Assembly (NCBI GenBank): GCA_965113315.1
Contig: OZ220376.1
Direction: 5' to 3' (one strand)
Length of the DNA: 64,000 bases
Source of the DNA: Podarcis vaucheri
Taxonomy: Eukaryota
Shown: in pieces, positions 62,398 through 64,000 of the stretch
Numbering within the stretch: position 1 is the first letter of the stretch
Layout of the letters: the number at the start of each line of letters is the position of its first letter
Position numbers and translations under genes: made by a program
The notes under the pieces: generated by a model
Seen by the model: the letters and a program-made list of their open reading frames with translations, nothing else
Told to the model about the DNA's origin: nothing
The model's database searches: none

Positions 62398-63449
62398 TAT
62401 AGCAAATAGATAGGATTTTACACTGGAAACCTCTTAGAAGCCAGCTACTAGAAGTAGTATATAGTTTTTTTATTATCACTATTAATGTATATAGCCATAA
62501 ATAACTAAAGAGCAACCGTTTCTAAAAAAATATATATTCCTGGCCTGGTTGCCTGCAGGAGATTTCTTATTCACCCCAGGCGACTACTTGCAAGCCTAGT
62601 CTGGTGGGATCACTTCTTCAGCGGAGAGCCTCTCCTGTCAAGTAGATTGCAAGGCAGTGAAGGAGTTCATTTTAGGTTTCCTCCTGTCTCATTCCCACAA
62701 TGTCATTGTGTTGTCTGGTGTCCTGTGACCTGGAGAATTTAATCATGTCATCTTTCTAAATTAACAGCTGCAAGCGAAGCTTTTATAGCAGGCGTAGGGC
62801 TGGTGCCTCTCTCCCGGATCCCGAGGCCTGCGCCTCTCGCAGAGACCCCTCTTCATTAATAAGCAAAGCATCTTTTAGCATTTGAGATATTACATAGCGC
62901 TCTTTAAATAGTTCCCCTGGCGCTTTTGCCCTTCAGGCAAACACATCCATCAAGTGACTATCACAGACACTTATCGGCATTATGAAGTGCGGATGATACG
63001 TGGAAATGCATTTTCTTTAATTTTGTTTCGGTAATCTTTCTGTCACGCTCGGTTTGAGGCATAACCACTCTCCGAGCTAGACACTGCTGTGTTAAGGGGA
63101 GAAGCCGTTGTTAGGCCTAAGCCTGCAAGAGGGTCCAGCTGGTGGGGCTGACAGTGGGTGACACTAGATCTGCCTCGAGGGGAAAGGCCTTCGTACCTCT
63201 GCGGTAGACCCACCTGCTCTGCATGCAGAAGGTCCCAGGTTCAGTCCCTGGCAGCAACTCCAGGTGGGGCTGGGGAGAGCCTCTCGCCTGAAATCCTGGA
63301 GTGCTGCTGCTGGTCAGTGTAGACAATACTAAGCTGGATGAACTAGTACGGAACTGCCCAATTCTTAGGTGCAGTTCTATATTCATTTGTGGATCGTGGA
63401 AAGCATGGCTCTGAATTAAGCTTTTAGTAGGGTGAGGGGCACTGGGGAT

Positions 63450-63670
63450 TAGAGCTGGGCGATATATTGGTAAATTGTCTGCAACCGGTATAGCGTTCAG
63501 ATCGTGATGTATTCCCAGCTCAGATTGCCTGCAGACAGCCAAAGGCACAGGCAGGCAGATGGAGGAAGAAGCAGCCGAGATACATTCCAGAACATTGTGA
63601 TAGACCAGCATACCGTAGTATTTAGCTGCTGATATATCACAATGTTGAAAACCAGATATCGCTGGCCCTG
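63450..63670. mobile_element. Non-autonomous hAT element
   Basis: Perfect 8-bp TSD ctggggat (63442-63449, 63671-63678). Confidence 0.75.
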
Positions 63671-63803
63671 CTGGGGATGAGCTTATGGAGCCAAGGGGGC
63701 GGTGGCCTGAAAAACATTGGGAGCCATGGGGTTAGTCTGACCCCACAGGGCTCTTCTGCTGTGCTCACATTCCTATGCTGTGTCTTCTGCCCCCGTCTCA
63801 CAG

Positions 63804-64000
63804 GCGTGCCACTCTCGACGCAGTGGGGGCCACAGGGCTACTTCTACCCCATCCAGATTGCCCAATATGGGCTCAGCCACTACAGCAAGAACCTGACCGA
63901 GAAGCCTCCTCACGTGGAGGTGTATGAGATGGCCGAGGAGAAGGACCAAAACAGCCACACTGCAGACTGGACGGTACCCAAAGGCAGCTCTGTCACGACG
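63804..64000 (+). CDS. GLCE: GLCE second coding exon (runs off the window end)
   Basis: gtctcacag|GC; (G)[60 protein letters not shown]...; phase matches the previous exon. Confidence 0.96.

Overview
Eukaryotic genomic DNA from a squamate reptile, most likely a lacertid lizard (lacertid-type Sauria SINEs, RTE-BovB, CR1, L2, hAT and Tc1/mariner elements). Three protein-coding genes are supported. (1) The last 7 coding exons of a WDR31-like WD40 gene (+, 267-8300), with all splice phases consistent. (2) An intronless RNF183/RNF186-family membrane-anchored RING gene (-, 10504-9866) whose sixth zinc ligand is Trp instead of Cys; a sense-oriented solo LTR lies about 0.5 kb upstream. (3) The 5' part of GLCE (heparan sulfate D-glucuronyl C5-epimerase; +): CpG-island promoter and non-coding exon 1 at about 14.4-14.9 kb, about 46 kb of 5'UTR intron(s), and coding exons at 60768-61365 and 63804->64000. 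Most other ORFs in the track are spurious or transposon remnants. I found no clearly novel multi-gene system. The best leads are the WDR31-like/RING pair sitting next to GLCE (possible hidden paralogue block), the Cys-to-Trp RING variant, the LTR and POU palindromes around it, and the GLCE 5' architecture (Met-Val-stop uORF 2 nt before the start codon, a recursive-splice-type AG|GT acceptor, a candidate uORF-bearing UTR exon, a polyQ tract). Comparisons with human sequences are from memory, not from a search.
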